NCBI GenBank assembly: GCA_040772485.1
Contig: JAXGYC010000007.1
Span: 352,001 to 416,000 of the forward strand
From: Sedimentisphaerales bacterium
Lineage (GTDB): Bacteria; Planctomycetota; Phycisphaerae; Sedimentisphaerales; Anaerobacaceae
DNA: 64,000 bases
Direction of reading: 5' to 3'
Shown: in pieces, positions 19,029 through 28,984 of the stretch
Layout: each line of letters begins with the position of its first letter
How positions within the stretch are numbered: the first letter of the stretch is position 1
The notes under the pieces: model-generated
What the model was told of the DNA's origin: nothing
Database searches by the model: none
The model's input: only the letters and a program-made list of their open reading frames with translations
Made by a program: the position numbers and the translations under genes

Positions 19029-20768
19029 ATGAGATACAGCCAGATGCTGATCCCGACGGTGAAGGAAGTTCCGGCCGATGCGGAGATCCCCAGTCACCAA
19101 CTGATGATCCGGGCCGGCCTGATCCGCAAGGTCGCCAGCGGGACGTACACCTATCTGCCGCTCGGGTGGCGGACCCTGAAGAAGATCATCGAGATCGTCC
19201 GCGAGGAGATGGACCGGGCCGGCGCCCAGGAGATCCTGGTGCCCTGCCTTCAGCCGCGTGAGCTGTGGCAGCAGACCGGCCGGGACGCCGACTATGGCGA
19301 GACGATGTGCCGGCTCCAGGACCGCCACGGCCGATGGAATGTCCTGGGTCCGACCGCCGAGGAGGTGTTCACCTTCCACGCGGTGCACGAGATCAGCTCG
19401 TACAAGCAACTGCCGATCAACCTCTACCAGATCAGCCCGAAGTTCCGCGACGAGTTCCGCCCGCGATTCGGCGTATTGCGCTCGCGCGAGTTCATGATGA
19501 AAGACGCGTACAGCTTCGACGCCAACCCCGAGAGCCTGCACAAGTCGTATATGGCGATGTACGATGCATACTGTCGCGTCTTCAAACGCTGTGGCGTCGA
19601 GTACGTGATCGTCGAGGCCGAGACGGGCGAAATGGGCGGCTCCGGCTCGCACCAGTTCACCGTCCCCTGCGCCTCGGGCGAGGACACCACCGTTTACACC
19701 GAAGACGGCTCGTACGCCGCCAACCTCGAGAAGGCGGCGGTCGATCCGATGCCCAAGCAGCCGGCCGCCCTGAATACGCCGCCGCCGGAGGATGTCCACA
19801 CGCCCGACGTCGGGACGATTGAAGCGGTCTGCGGGTTCCTCAAGACCACGCCGGCACAGATGATCAAGACGCTGATCTACGCCGTCGGCGATCAAGCCGT
19901 CGCGGCTCTGGTCCGAGGCGACCATGAAGTCAACGCCGAGAAGCTCACGCAGGTGCTTGGCGGCGCGCATTCGGAGCTGGCGGACGAAGCGACCATCCAG
20001 AAGGTCACCGGCGCCAGGGTCGGCTTCGCCGGGCCGGTGGGACTGGCCGGCAAGGTTTCCCGGCTGATCGTCGATCACGCGGTCGCGGCGATGGCGGTCG
20101 GCGTCGCCGGGGCCAACCGCAGCGACTACCACACCAGGAACGTCGTGCCGGGGAGGGACTTCCCGCTGGCCGGTGACAACGTCGTCGTCACCGACATCCG
20201 CAACGCGGTCCAAGGCGACACCTACCAGGGCAAGCCCCTGCGGTTCAAGAGGGGGATCGAGGTTGGGCAGGTCTTCAAGCTCGGGACCAAGTACAGCCAG
20301 AAGCTCGGAGCGACCTTCCTCGATGAGAACGGGGTCGAGACCCCTTGCCTGATGGGCTGCTACGGGATCGGGATCAACCGGATCATGGCCTCGGCGATCG
20401 AGCTGTACCACGACGAAAACGGCATCATCTGGCCGATCTCGATCGCGCCGTTCGAGGTCCTGATTACGCCGGTCAATCAGGACGACCCGGCCGTTTCCGA
20501 GGCGGCCGAGAAGATATACACGGAGCTCAAGGCTGCCGGCATCGAGGTCCTGATCGACGACCGCGATCTGCGCGGCGGCGTCAAGTTCAAGGACGCCGAC
20601 CTGATCGGCATCCCGATCCGCATCACGGTCGGCAAGAAGTCGGTTGTCGAGGGCAACGTCGAGGTGAAACTGCGGACGGAGAAGGAAAGCCACAAGACGC
20701 CGATCCAGCAGGCGTCACGGACCGTCGTCGAACTCGTCGAATCGCTCAAAAGACAATTGGAGGCATGA
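19029..20768 (+). CDS. proS: Proline--tRNA ligase (bacterial type with editing insertion)
   Basis: SHQLMIRAGLIR, LGPTAEE, KFRDEFRPRFGVLRSREFMMKDAYSF, GIEVGQVFKLG, MGCYGIG, GVKFKDADLIGIP. Confidence 0.98.
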   Translation: MRYSQMLIPTVKEVPADAEIPSHQLMIRAGLIRKVASGTYTYLPLGWRTLKKIIEIVREEMDRAGAQEILVPCLQPRELWQQTGRDADYGETMCRLQDRHGRWNVLGPTAEEVFTFHAVHEISSYKQLPINLYQISPKFRDEFRPRFGVLRSREFMMKDAYSFDANPESLHKSYMAMYDAYCRVFKRCGVEYVIVEAETGEMGGSGSHQFTVPCASGEDTTVYTEDGSYAANLEKAAVDPMPKQPAALNTPPPEDVHTPDVGTIEAVCGFLKTTPAQMIKTLIYAVGDQAVAALVRGDHEVNAEKLTQVLGGAHSELADEATIQKVTGARVGFAGPVGLAGKVSRLIVDHAVAAMAVGVAGANRSDYHTRNVVPGRDFPLAGDNVVVTDIRNAVQGDTYQGKPLRFKRGIEVGQVFKLGTKYSQKLGATFLDENGVETPCLMGCYGIGINRIMASAIELYHDENGIIWPISIAPFEVLITPVNQDDPAVSEAAEKIYTELKAAGIEVLIDDRDLRGGVKFKDADLIGIPIRITVGKKSVVEGNVEVKLRTEKESHKTPIQQASRTVVELVESLKRQLEA

Positions 20769-20774
20769 CCGCTC

Positions 20775-20854
20775 GCAGTGTGCCCGCAAGAGCCTGCCCT
20801 GAGCTTGCCGAAGGGGCATACGCAGACGAGATAATGGCTCACGGCGTCACTACA
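20775..20854. repeat. REP family 2 inverted pair with a nested 24-nt insert
   Basis: GCAGTGTGCCCGCAAG[AGCCTGCCCTGAGCTTGCCGAAGG]GGCATA ... CTCACGGCGTCACTACA. Confidence 0.65.
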
Positions 20855-20872
20855 TTGGACAGGAGAAACCTC

Positions 20873-21757
20873 ATGGACCCGAACAACCTCTCGCGAAGGA
20901 GTCTCATGCATAAGACCAGTTTGCTGGCAGCCGGCGCGGTCGCCGCCCGACTGACGGGCAGGACCAGCGCCATCGAGATGAGCAAGATCGAGCGCGCGGC
21001 GACGAAGGGCCGGATCAAGCAGTCGGTCAGCCGCTGGTGCTACGGCAAATGGTCGCTCGACGAACTGTGCGAGGTCTCGAAGCGGCTCGGCCTCCAGGCC
21101 ATCGATCTGCTCGGGCCGGAGGAATTCGAGACGGTCAGGAAGCACGGCCTGATCTGCTCGCTGGTCAACACCCATTCTTTGACCAACGGCCTGGCCGACA
21201 GGAAATTCCACGACGAATGCCTCGCCAAACTGCGGGAAGTCATCGATGCGACGGCGGCCGCCGGCTTTCCTACCGTGATTTCCTTCTCGGGCAACCGTCG
21301 CGGGATTCCCGACGACGTCGGTGTGGATAATGCCGTCGAGGCCCTGAAGAGGATCGCCGGCCATGCCGAACAGAAGAAGGTCACCATCGTTCTGGAGTAC
21401 CTCAACAGCAAGGTCAACCACAAGGACTACATGTTCGACCGCACCGCCTGGGGCGTCGAGGTCTGCAAGCGCGTCGGGTCCGACCGCGTCAAGATTCTCT
21501 ACGACATCTACCACGCCCAGATCATGGAAGGCGACATCATCCGGACAATTCGCGAGAACAAGGAGTATATCGGCCACTATCACACCGGCGGCAATCCCGG
21601 ACGCAATGAGATCGACGAAACACAGGAGCTGTACTACCCGGCGATCCTGCAGGCGATTGCCGAGACCGGCTACAATGGCTACGTCGCGCACGAATTCGTT
21701 CCGAAAGGCGATCCGCTGGCAGCGCTGACCTACGCGACGCGGATCTGCGACGTGTAG
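20873..21757 (+). CDS. Hydroxypyruvate-isomerase-like TIM barrel with Tat signal
   Basis: LSRRSLM Tat motif; KQSVSRWCY, LEYLNSKVNH, LYDIYHAQIMEGD, HYHTGGNPGRNE, GYVAHEF. Confidence 0.88.
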   Translation: MDPNNLSRRSLMHKTSLLAAGAVAARLTGRTSAIEMSKIERAATKGRIKQSVSRWCYGKWSLDELCEVSKRLGLQAIDLLGPEEFETVRKHGLICSLVNTHSLTNGLADRKFHDECLAKLREVIDATAAAGFPTVISFSGNRRGIPDDVGVDNAVEALKRIAGHAEQKKVTIVLEYLNSKVNHKDYMFDRTAWGVEVCKRVGSDRVKILYDIYHAQIMEGDIIRTIRENKEYIGHYHTGGNPGRNEIDETQELYYPAILQAIAETGYNGYVAHEFVPKGDPLAALTYATRICDV

Positions 21758-21907
21758 AGCGTTCGGAGGCATGTCTGCCGGATTCATGACGTGGCGTCAC
21801 CGTTCACCCTGCCTGCGCCGATGGTCTTTGCATCTTTGAGCCAAGTCGGGTAGACTCATAGCGCAGGTGATGTCTGTCTGGAGTCTCTGTCGTCCGAAAG
21901 AGAGCCC

Positions 21908-23041
21908 ATGGTTCGCACCAATTCTCTCGCAAAGAGCCTGGTTTGTCTGCTTGCCGTCGTTTGCACATCCGTCCCGGCCAGGGCGGAGTTTCTCAGCCGC
22001 AAGCAGGCCAAGCACTGTCCGCGCGGCCGGGTCGCGTGCCTGCCGAGTCCGACCATGGGTTCGCGCTACCTGGATGCAGACAATCTCGGCAAGCACTCCT
22101 ACGGATTCGCACTGTGGGAACAGAACGGCATCGTCTACACCTGTCGCGGCGGACACGTCGATGTCACGCATCTGCGCAAGGTCGCCGACTGGACCGGATA
22201 CCTCGCTCACCACATCCGCAACATGCTGACCAAGGACTTGATGGAGTTGTCGTACAAACTGTGGGAGCCTTCGAAGTATCACCTCCGGCTGGACTATCCG
22301 AGAGGCTGGCAGTACTTGCCGCTGGAGACCCGAGACGCCATCATCCGTGAAGTCGCGATCGATCTGGCTGCGTATCTGGCCTACACCGCGAGTATCTGGC
22401 ATGAGATTCTCACCTGGCATGGGTTCAAGGGCGCCGGCGTCTACCCCGAATACCAATCGGCTTTCTCATGGGAAGACAACTACTCCAACGCGTTGGGCGC
22501 CCATATTGGCGTCCTGGCGCTGCGGGATCCTGATCGCAAATTCAACGAGGCCGTCACCTGGCATCTGGACCAGGAAATCCGGCGGCTCGGAGGCCAGCCG
22601 AAACGAGTGGCTCGTCAGACCGCAGAAGCCGTCCGCGGCTTGTGGTTCACGGGCGGGTACGTCGTCGTAACCATGGTCAAGAGACATCTCGACATCGGCA
22701 TCGATGATGGGTGGATCGCCCCGTGGCTTGTGCCCGGCGTGGCGGACTGTCCGGACGAGCAGCCGAAGCTCTGTGTGGCCCCCAGCCTGAAAAGCGTCGA
22801 GAGACATGGGTTCCACGTGACCATGGAGATCGAGCCGAAAGAATGGGAGAAGGGCCAGATCCTGAAGAAGGCGTACCCGGATCCACAAGACAGGCGGGAT
22901 CGCATCGACCCGACGGAACACTTGGCTGCCATCGTGGAAGCCATCCGAAGCGAAACCATCGAGTGGTACGGGCCACGTGCCGACGAATACGAGATTCCGG
23001 CCCACCTGGCGCACGCCGAGGAGCTGGACCACGACGGCTGA
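21908..23041 (+). CDS. Secreted DUF4056-like protein
   Basis: Signal peptide; GIVYTCRGGHVDVTHLRKVADWT, WHEILTWHG, SAFSWEDNYSNALG. Confidence 0.75.
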   Translation: MVRTNSLAKSLVCLLAVVCTSVPARAEFLSRKQAKHCPRGRVACLPSPTMGSRYLDADNLGKHSYGFALWEQNGIVYTCRGGHVDVTHLRKVADWTGYLAHHIRNMLTKDLMELSYKLWEPSKYHLRLDYPRGWQYLPLETRDAIIREVAIDLAAYLAYTASIWHEILTWHGFKGAGVYPEYQSAFSWEDNYSNALGAHIGVLALRDPDRKFNEAVTWHLDQEIRRLGGQPKRVARQTAEAVRGLWFTGGYVVVTMVKRHLDIGIDDGWIAPWLVPGVADCPDEQPKLCVAPSLKSVERHGFHVTMEIEPKEWEKGQILKKAYPDPQDRRDRIDPTEHLAAIVEAIRSETIEWYGPRADEYEIPAHLAHAEELDHDG

Positions 23042-23063
23042 AACGGAGTGATCATCGCATCGC

Positions 23064-23615
23064 ATGTGGGAACCCAAGGAGCCCAACCCGGTCAAGTACA
23101 TCGTCGGAATACTCGCCTGCGACGAACGCGGCCTGGTAGCCGCCAGGGACGCGGCGGCCTCGCAGCTTGGCCCCCTCGATCTGATCAGTGACATCTGGCC
23201 GTTCGAGAAGACCGACTACTACCGGGACCAGACCGGTCCGGCCATCCTCCGGCAGTTCGTTTCGCTCGAACGGCTCGCCGACCCAGGCGAGTTGGCCCAG
23301 ATCAAGCACCGGACCAACCGAATCGAGCAGGAGCTGGCCGCGATGCTGGCCGGGCCCTATCCTCGACCGGTCAATCTCGATCCGGGCATCATCGAGCCAT
23401 CCAAGCTCGTCCTCGCCACGACCAAAAACTACGCGCACCGCGTCTACATCGGCGCGAAAATGTACGCCGAGGTCACGCTTGTCTTTGACAGAGGCGCGTG
23501 GTGTCCTCTACCATACACCTATCCGGACTACCGCCAGCAGACCTATTTCGACTTCTTCAGCGAAGTGCGAGTGCGGCTCTTGCAGCAGCGGAAATCGGAA
23601 ACGCACGAGAAATGA
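23064..23615 (+). CDS. DUF4416 family protein
   Basis: TDYY, LAQIKHRTNRIE, RPVNLDPG, LVLATTKNYAHRVYIG, YTYPDY. Confidence 0.85.
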   Translation: MWEPKEPNPVKYIVGILACDERGLVAARDAAASQLGPLDLISDIWPFEKTDYYRDQTGPAILRQFVSLERLADPGELAQIKHRTNRIEQELAAMLAGPYPRPVNLDPGIIEPSKLVLATTKNYAHRVYIGAKMYAEVTLVFDRGAWCPLPYTYPDYRQQTYFDFFSEVRVRLLQQRKSETHEK

Positions 23616-23654
23616 CTTGCCGTGCCGAGCCGGACGGACGGCGTTGAGGAGACT

Positions 23655-24758
23655 ATGCTGATTCTACTGGCCGTAGCCCTGCTCGCCGGCGCCTGTTCCT
23701 GTTCCGCCCTGCTGACCGCCGGCGCCAAGAAACTGGCGCCGCGTCTGGGGCTTCTGGCCTATCCCCAGGCGGATCGTTATCATCGCAGCGTCATCCCCCT
23801 CGGTGGAGGCATCGCAATCTTCGGCACGCTGGCGATCTTCATTGTCGCAGCGGCAGGCGTCGTGCGGTTTCTGGTCGCCCCAGGGCATCTGGGTCAAATG
23901 GCAGACCGGCTGAACATCGTCCCGGCCGATTTCCTGCGCCGATGCGACGAACTGGCGGTCGTTCTGATCTGCGCTGCAATCCTCTTTGCCGTCGGACTTT
24001 GGGACGACAGAAGACCTCTGGGACCTTTCGTGAAGCTCGCGGTGCAGTGTCTGGTCGCGCTGCTGGCCGCAACGGCGGCGGAGATTCGCGTCGAGTTCTT
24101 CATCGACAACCGCATCATCACATCGGCGATTTCCGCTCTCTGGATCGTCGTGATCATCAATTCCTTCAATTTCCTCGACAACATGGATGGCGCCTCGGCC
24201 GGCATCGCCGCCATCGCCGGGGCCATCCTGTTCGTCGCGGCCGCCTTCAACGAGCAGGTCTTCGTCGGAGGACTGGCTATCGTGTTCGTCGGGACCCTGC
24301 TGGGCTTTCTGGCGTTCAACTTCCCGCCCGCCTCGATCTTCATGGGCGATGCAGGCTCCCTCGTGGTCGGCTTCTTCGTCGCCCTGCTGACGCTGCGCAC
24401 GACGTACTACCAGCAGGACCAGAGCGGACCGTGGTACCCCGTGCTGATGCCGCTGGTGGTGATGGCGGTGCCGCTCTACGACCTGACCAGCGTAACGTTG
24501 CTGCGCCTGCGTCAGGGCAAGAGTCCGTTCGTCGGGGACACGCAGCACTTCTCGCACCGTTTGCGGCGACGCGGCCTGACTGACACCCAGACCGTGCTGA
24601 TGCTGTATCTTGCTACGCTCTGTTGCGGCCTGGGCGCGACGTTTCTCTATCAGGTCAACCTCGTCGGGGCCGTCCTGATCTTCGCACAGACCTTCCTGAT
24701 CCTGGCCATCATCGCCATCTTCGAAAGCACGGTCCGACATGGGAAGGACATCGACTAA
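23655..24758 (+). CDS. MraY/WecA/TagO-family polyprenyl-phosphate sugar-1-phosphate transferase
   Basis: PLGGGIAI, GLWDD, NSFNFLDNMDG, FNFPPASIFMGDAGS, GDTQHFSHRL. Confidence 0.92.
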   Translation: MLILLAVALLAGACSCSALLTAGAKKLAPRLGLLAYPQADRYHRSVIPLGGGIAIFGTLAIFIVAAAGVVRFLVAPGHLGQMADRLNIVPADFLRRCDELAVVLICAAILFAVGLWDDRRPLGPFVKLAVQCLVALLAATAAEIRVEFFIDNRIITSAISALWIVVIINSFNFLDNMDGASAGIAAIAGAILFVAAAFNEQVFVGGLAIVFVGTLLGFLAFNFPPASIFMGDAGSLVVGFFVALLTLRTTYYQQDQSGPWYPVLMPLVVMAVPLYDLTSVTLLRLRQGKSPFVGDTQHFSHRLRRRGLTDTQTVLMLYLATLCCGLGATFLYQVNLVGAVLIFAQTFLILAIIAIFESTVRHGKDID

Positions 24759-27033
24759 AGCTCCGCCGACCGCAAGACGACCGTCCGCGATCGTTGGACT
24801 CGTTCTCCTGGGGCTCTGCCTTTCGCTTCTGGCGTTGCGTGTAACCTATACGGAGGCTCCGACCACGCAGACCGTCACGCTGCCGGAGAGTATGGGTGAC
24901 GCGATCTACAGCCTCACGGTGTCGGGACTGCTGATCTTCGGTCTGGTGTTCTGGCTGTTGTGGCAGGTGTGGTCCGGCCGGCCGATCTACCGCGTCACCG
25001 GCATTGAGATCGGACTGGCGGTCTTTCTTGCCGCCGGGATACTCTCGACCTTCGGCGCCAGCGACAAACGCGTGGCGATCAATCATGTGGTGATGCTCGC
25101 CGCTCCGGTCTTCGCCGCCATCCTCCTGGTCCAGATCCTCGACAGCGCATCCAGAGTCCGCGCCGTGCTGCTGGTCATCGGCGCCCTTGGCGTCGTCACT
25201 GTGTATCAATGCGCCGAACAGTTCCTCGTAAGCAACGAAATCACGGTCGAGCAGTATGAGAAAGACCCCGAAATCCTGCTGCGTCCGCTCGGCATCGAAC
25301 CGGGGACCTTTCAGCAGTTCCTCTTCGAGCACCGTCTGTACTCGCGAGGCATCCGCGGGTTCTTCACAACCAGCAACTCGGCCGCTTCGTTCCTGCTGCT
25401 GGCGTCGTTTGCCGCGCTGGCCCTGTTGCTCCAACATACCCCGGCAAACACAGAAGACAGGACTCGGCTGCGCCGGCGCTACTACGCACCGATCGCGGCG
25501 ATGATCGTTCTGGCAGGACTGCTGATGACCAAGAGCAAGGGCGGTATTCTGGCGTTCTGCATCGCGGCAGGTCTCTTCGGCGTCTTCCTGCTCCTGCGCA
25601 GGCGGCTCGCCGCCCATCCCAGGCTGGCGTGGGTCGCCGGCGTCGCGCTGCTTCTGGTCGCCTCGCTGGCAGTCGGCGGTGCGGCGGTCTCCTACGGCCT
25701 CCGGCACGACAGACTACCCGGCGGCAATTCCATGCTGGTCCGATGGCAATACTGGCGCGCTTCGGTGCAGATGTACGGCGACCACGCGCTGGCCGGCGTC
25801 GGGCCCGGCAACTTCGCGCAGAACTACACCCGGTACAAGCCGGCCTCGGCGCCGGAGTCGGTATCCGATCCGCACTGCTTTCCGCTGAGTGTGCTGACCC
25901 AGTACGGCCCGCTCGGCCTGCTGGGTTTTTTGGCCATGTTCCTCATCCCGATCTATCGAGGCACGTCGCGTCCCACTGAGCCCCTGTCGCTATGTGTCGG
26001 CGACGAATCCGGCCCAAGACGCTTGGCCGTAGCCGTACTGCTGACCGTCTCTGCGGCATTGCTGCTACTGCGATCGCTGCTGATTCCCGGCACGTCCGAG
26101 GGCGACTTCGAGGTCGTCCTCTATGAAGTCACTGTGCTGTACATCGCCCCTGTGGCGGCGTTCCTGATCGGCTTCCTGCTCCTGGCGGCCGCACTGGAAA
26201 ACAAGCCTGTGAAGGCCGATGTTGCGCACCGAACGGCGCTCCTCGCCGCACTGGGCTGCGCGGTGGCAGGCGTTCTCCTGCACAACCTGATCGACTTTGC
26301 GATCTTCGAGCCCGGGGTCTGGACCGCGCTGTGGACCCTCATGGCCTGCCTTGTCGCAATCAGCCGTCCCATGCAGGTCCCTGCCTCCCTAGGCGTATCC
26401 CATCCCAAACCGCTCAAGCTGGTTGCGTCCTTCGTTGCCCTGCTGTTGCTGGGAGCGTACGTTCAGTTCGTTTGGCGACCGGTCTACGAATCGACTGCAG
26501 GGCTGCAACAAGGCCGGCAGGCCGCGTCCATCGGACGATTCGACCGGGCCCATGCCCTTCTCGACACGGCCTCAGCGGCCGATGCGCTGTCGCCGGCAGC
26601 CGCCTACCTCAACGGCCGACTGTACCTTCAGGAGGCCGAACGCGCCTCCGCCGGTGGCACTTCGCTGCTGGAGAAGGCTGCACAATGCCTTCGCACAGCC
26701 ATCGACCGAGATCCGGCCGACTACAAGAACTATGAAAAAGCAGGCGATATCGCCAGCCTCATGGGAAAGCCCGAGGACGCGTACGGATGGTATGCGGAGG
26801 CGGCGGCAAGGTATCCCGGTTCCGGCCGCCTGCAATTACGCCTCGCTCAGGCTGCCGAACAACAGGGAGACATGGATGCGGCCTTGCGACACTACCGCCA
26901 CGCCATCGAAATTGAGGATGCCTTCCAGCGGCAATTCAGGCAGATGTATCCCGCGAGAGAACAACCGGTCAGTCGCCTGGGCTGGCAGAACTACGAACTG
27001 GCCAAACGGCGCATTGCCGAACTGGCCAACTGA
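24739..27033 (+). CDS. O-antigen ligase/oligosaccharyltransferase-like membrane protein with C-terminal TPR region
   Basis: GFFTTSNSAA, TKSKGG, RWQYW...GVGPGNF...DPHC...GPLG, LHNLIDF; TPR-like helices; overlaps the upstream gene. Confidence 0.85.
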   Translation: MGRTSTKAPPTARRPSAIVGLVLLGLCLSLLALRVTYTEAPTTQTVTLPESMGDAIYSLTVSGLLIFGLVFWLLWQVWSGRPIYRVTGIEIGLAVFLAAGILSTFGASDKRVAINHVVMLAAPVFAAILLVQILDSASRVRAVLLVIGALGVVTVYQCAEQFLVSNEITVEQYEKDPEILLRPLGIEPGTFQQFLFEHRLYSRGIRGFFTTSNSAASFLLLASFAALALLLQHTPANTEDRTRLRRRYYAPIAAMIVLAGLLMTKSKGGILAFCIAAGLFGVFLLLRRRLAAHPRLAWVAGVALLLVASLAVGGAAVSYGLRHDRLPGGNSMLVRWQYWRASVQMYGDHALAGVGPGNFAQNYTRYKPASAPESVSDPHCFPLSVLTQYGPLGLLGFLAMFLIPIYRGTSRPTEPLSLCVGDESGPRRLAVAVLLTVSAALLLLRSLLIPGTSEGDFEVVLYEVTVLYIAPVAAFLIGFLLLAAALENKPVKADVAHRTALLAALGCAVAGVLLHNLIDFAIFEPGVWTALWTLMACLVAISRPMQVPASLGVSHPKPLKLVASFVALLLLGAYVQFVWRPVYESTAGLQQGRQAASIGRFDRAHALLDTASAADALSPAAAYLNGRLYLQEAERASAGGTSLLEKAAQCLRTAIDRDPADYKNYEKAGDIASLMGKPEDAYGWYAEAAARYPGSGRLQLRLAQAAEQQGDMDAALRHYRHAIEIEDAFQRQFRQMYPAREQPVSRLGWQNYELAKRRIAELAN

Positions 27034-27054
27034 CCTGCCGTGTCGGCCTTGCCT

Positions 27055-27804
27055 CTACGAAACCTTTGCCATGACTTCGTCGGGGATGTCGAAATTCGCG
27101 TAGGCGTTCTGAACATCGTCGTGGTCGTCGAACGCTTCCATCAGCGAGACGATCTTCCTGGCCACCGTTTCGCTGTCGATCCCCACGGTATTCTGCGGCA
27201 CCATCGAGATCTCCGCCACTTCGATCGGGATGCTCTTGGCCTCCAGGGCCTTCTTCAGAGGTTCAAAGCCGCTCGGGTCGCAGGTGATTTCAAAAACTTC
27301 GCCGGTGTTCTGCATGTCGTCGGCCCCGGCCCCCAGAGCCAGCTCCAGCAAATCGTCCTCGTTGGTGGTGGAGGTAGCGACCGTAATGAGCCCCTTCTTT
27401 CCGAACATCCAGTTGACGCACCCGGTCGTGCCGAGCGATCCGCCGTGCTTCTCGAAGATCCTTTTGATCTCCGGACCGGTGCGGCTGCGGTTGTCCGTCA
27501 GGGCCTCAACCATGATCGCCACGCCGCTCGGTCCATAGCCCTCATACAGAACTTCTTCGTAGTGCACGCCTCCGAGATCGCCCGTGCCTTTCTTGATGGC
27601 CTTCTCGATCGTGTCCTTCGGCATATTGACGGACTTGGCCTTGTCGATCGCGTAGCGCAGTGTCAGATTGGCCGCCGGGTCCCCGCCGCCGTTCTTGGCC
27701 GCGACGATAATCATCCGCGCCACCTTGCTCCACACCTTGCCGCGTTTGGCGTCGTTCGCAGCCTTCTTGTGTTTGATCCCCGCCCAGTGTGAATGACCTG
27801 ACAT
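27055..27804 (-). CDS. yebC: YebC/PmpR/TACO1 family protein
   Basis: MSGHSHWAGIKHKK, NMPKDTIEKAI, YEGYGPSGVA, TDNRSRT, DDVQNAYAN. Confidence 0.95.
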   Translation of the reverse strand: MSGHSHWAGIKHKKAANDAKRGKVWSKVARMIIVAAKNGGGDPAANLTLRYAIDKAKSVNMPKDTIEKAIKKGTGDLGGVHYEEVLYEGYGPSGVAIMVEALTDNRSRTGPEIKRIFEKHGGSLGTTGCVNWMFGKKGLITVATSTTNEDDLLELALGAGADDMQNTGEVFEITCDPSGFEPLKKALEAKSIPIEVAEISMVPQNTVGIDSETVARKIVSLMEAFDDHDDVQNAYANFDIPDEVMAKVS

Positions 27805-28044
27805 ACGGACTCCTCAACAACCCGAAACCGGTTCCATCTCGATCACAAGCTCATCCAAGCCCTGTATTATAATTCTCGGGCAGGCGCTTCATAGCGATTT
27901 TTCCAAAAACCCGCGCGTTTTCCGCGAGATCCGGGGCCTCGACCGAGACCCAGACGCCGGCATGCCATCTTGCACGAGCAACGGTCCGACGCTACCATGG
28001 CGCCGCTGTTGTCGGCCATCCCGAAACGCACTGGAGCAGACACC

Positions 28045-28821
28045 ATGAGCTTTCGATCCAACACGGTAGCCCGCCATCGACACACGTTCTCTCTTCTGGC
28101 CCTGTTTGCCATCGTCGCGCTGTCGGGCTGCGCCGGCCGGCCGCAGAACTCGCAGGGAGGTTGGGAGCCGCTCTTCAACGGAACCGACCTGACCGGCTGG
28201 GCCGTCAAGTGCAAGCCTGCCGACCGCGATTGCGAGTTCTGGAAGGTCGATGATGGGACCATCCTGGCGGACTCCATGGGCCATGAGGGCCATGACTACG
28301 TCTGGCTGGTCACGGATCAGGAGTATGCGGACTTTGTCCTGCGCCTGCGCTTTCAGGCGTATCGCGACAGTCCGGGCAACAGCGGCCTCCAGATTCGCAG
28401 CCGCTACGACGACGAGGCGGGATGGCTGGACGGCCCCCAGATCGACATCCACCCCCCTGAGCCCTGGCGGACGGGGATGATGTGGGACGAGACCCGAGGC
28501 GTGGGACGCTGGCTCTATCCCGACGTTCCCCAAGGGCAATGGGTCAATCAGGCGATGGCAAACCCCGACTTGGTATTCTACTACGCTGATGAAGGCCCCG
28601 GCTGGAACACCTTTGAGATCGCGGCGGTCGGCACGCGAATCACCGCCTGGCTCAACGGCATTCCTGTCGCGGACTACGACGGCTCCGGCGTGCTGGATGA
28701 CGCCGCACACCAGGCACACGATGTGGGTCTGGAGGGCCATATCGCTCTTCAGATCCACAGGGCCGACCAGCTCCGGATGCGATTCCAGGACATCACTATC
28801 AGGCAGGCGCACGCGCCATAA
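28045..28821 (+). CDS. DUF1080 (3-keto-disaccharide hydrolase-like) lipoprotein
   Basis: Lipobox LSGC; LFNGTDLTGW, GNSGLQIRS, WNTFEI, GHIALQIH. Confidence 0.87.
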   Translation: MSFRSNTVARHRHTFSLLALFAIVALSGCAGRPQNSQGGWEPLFNGTDLTGWAVKCKPADRDCEFWKVDDGTILADSMGHEGHDYVWLVTDQEYADFVLRLRFQAYRDSPGNSGLQIRSRYDDEAGWLDGPQIDIHPPEPWRTGMMWDETRGVGRWLYPDVPQGQWVNQAMANPDLVFYYADEGPGWNTFEIAAVGTRITAWLNGIPVADYDGSGVLDDAAHQAHDVGLEGHIALQIHRADQLRMRFQDITIRQAHAP

Positions 28822-28938
28822 TTGTTGGCCAACGCGCCAACCACCCGCTCGGCCGTCCCATAACCCGGCACGCATACCCCAGCCGGCCTCCGGACATGGA
28901 GCAGACGCATCCATGGTGCCGATTTCGGAGTTTTTTTC

Positions 28939-28967
28939 TTGACGCTGGTTTAACGATTCCCTAACCT
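28939..28967 (+). promoter_or_regulatory. Sigma70-type promoter upstream of the structured RNA and rny-ymdB
   Basis: TTGACG-N17-TAACCT preceded by a T-tract (UP-like). Confidence 0.65.
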
Positions 28968-28984
28968 GGACGATCATATAGGCA

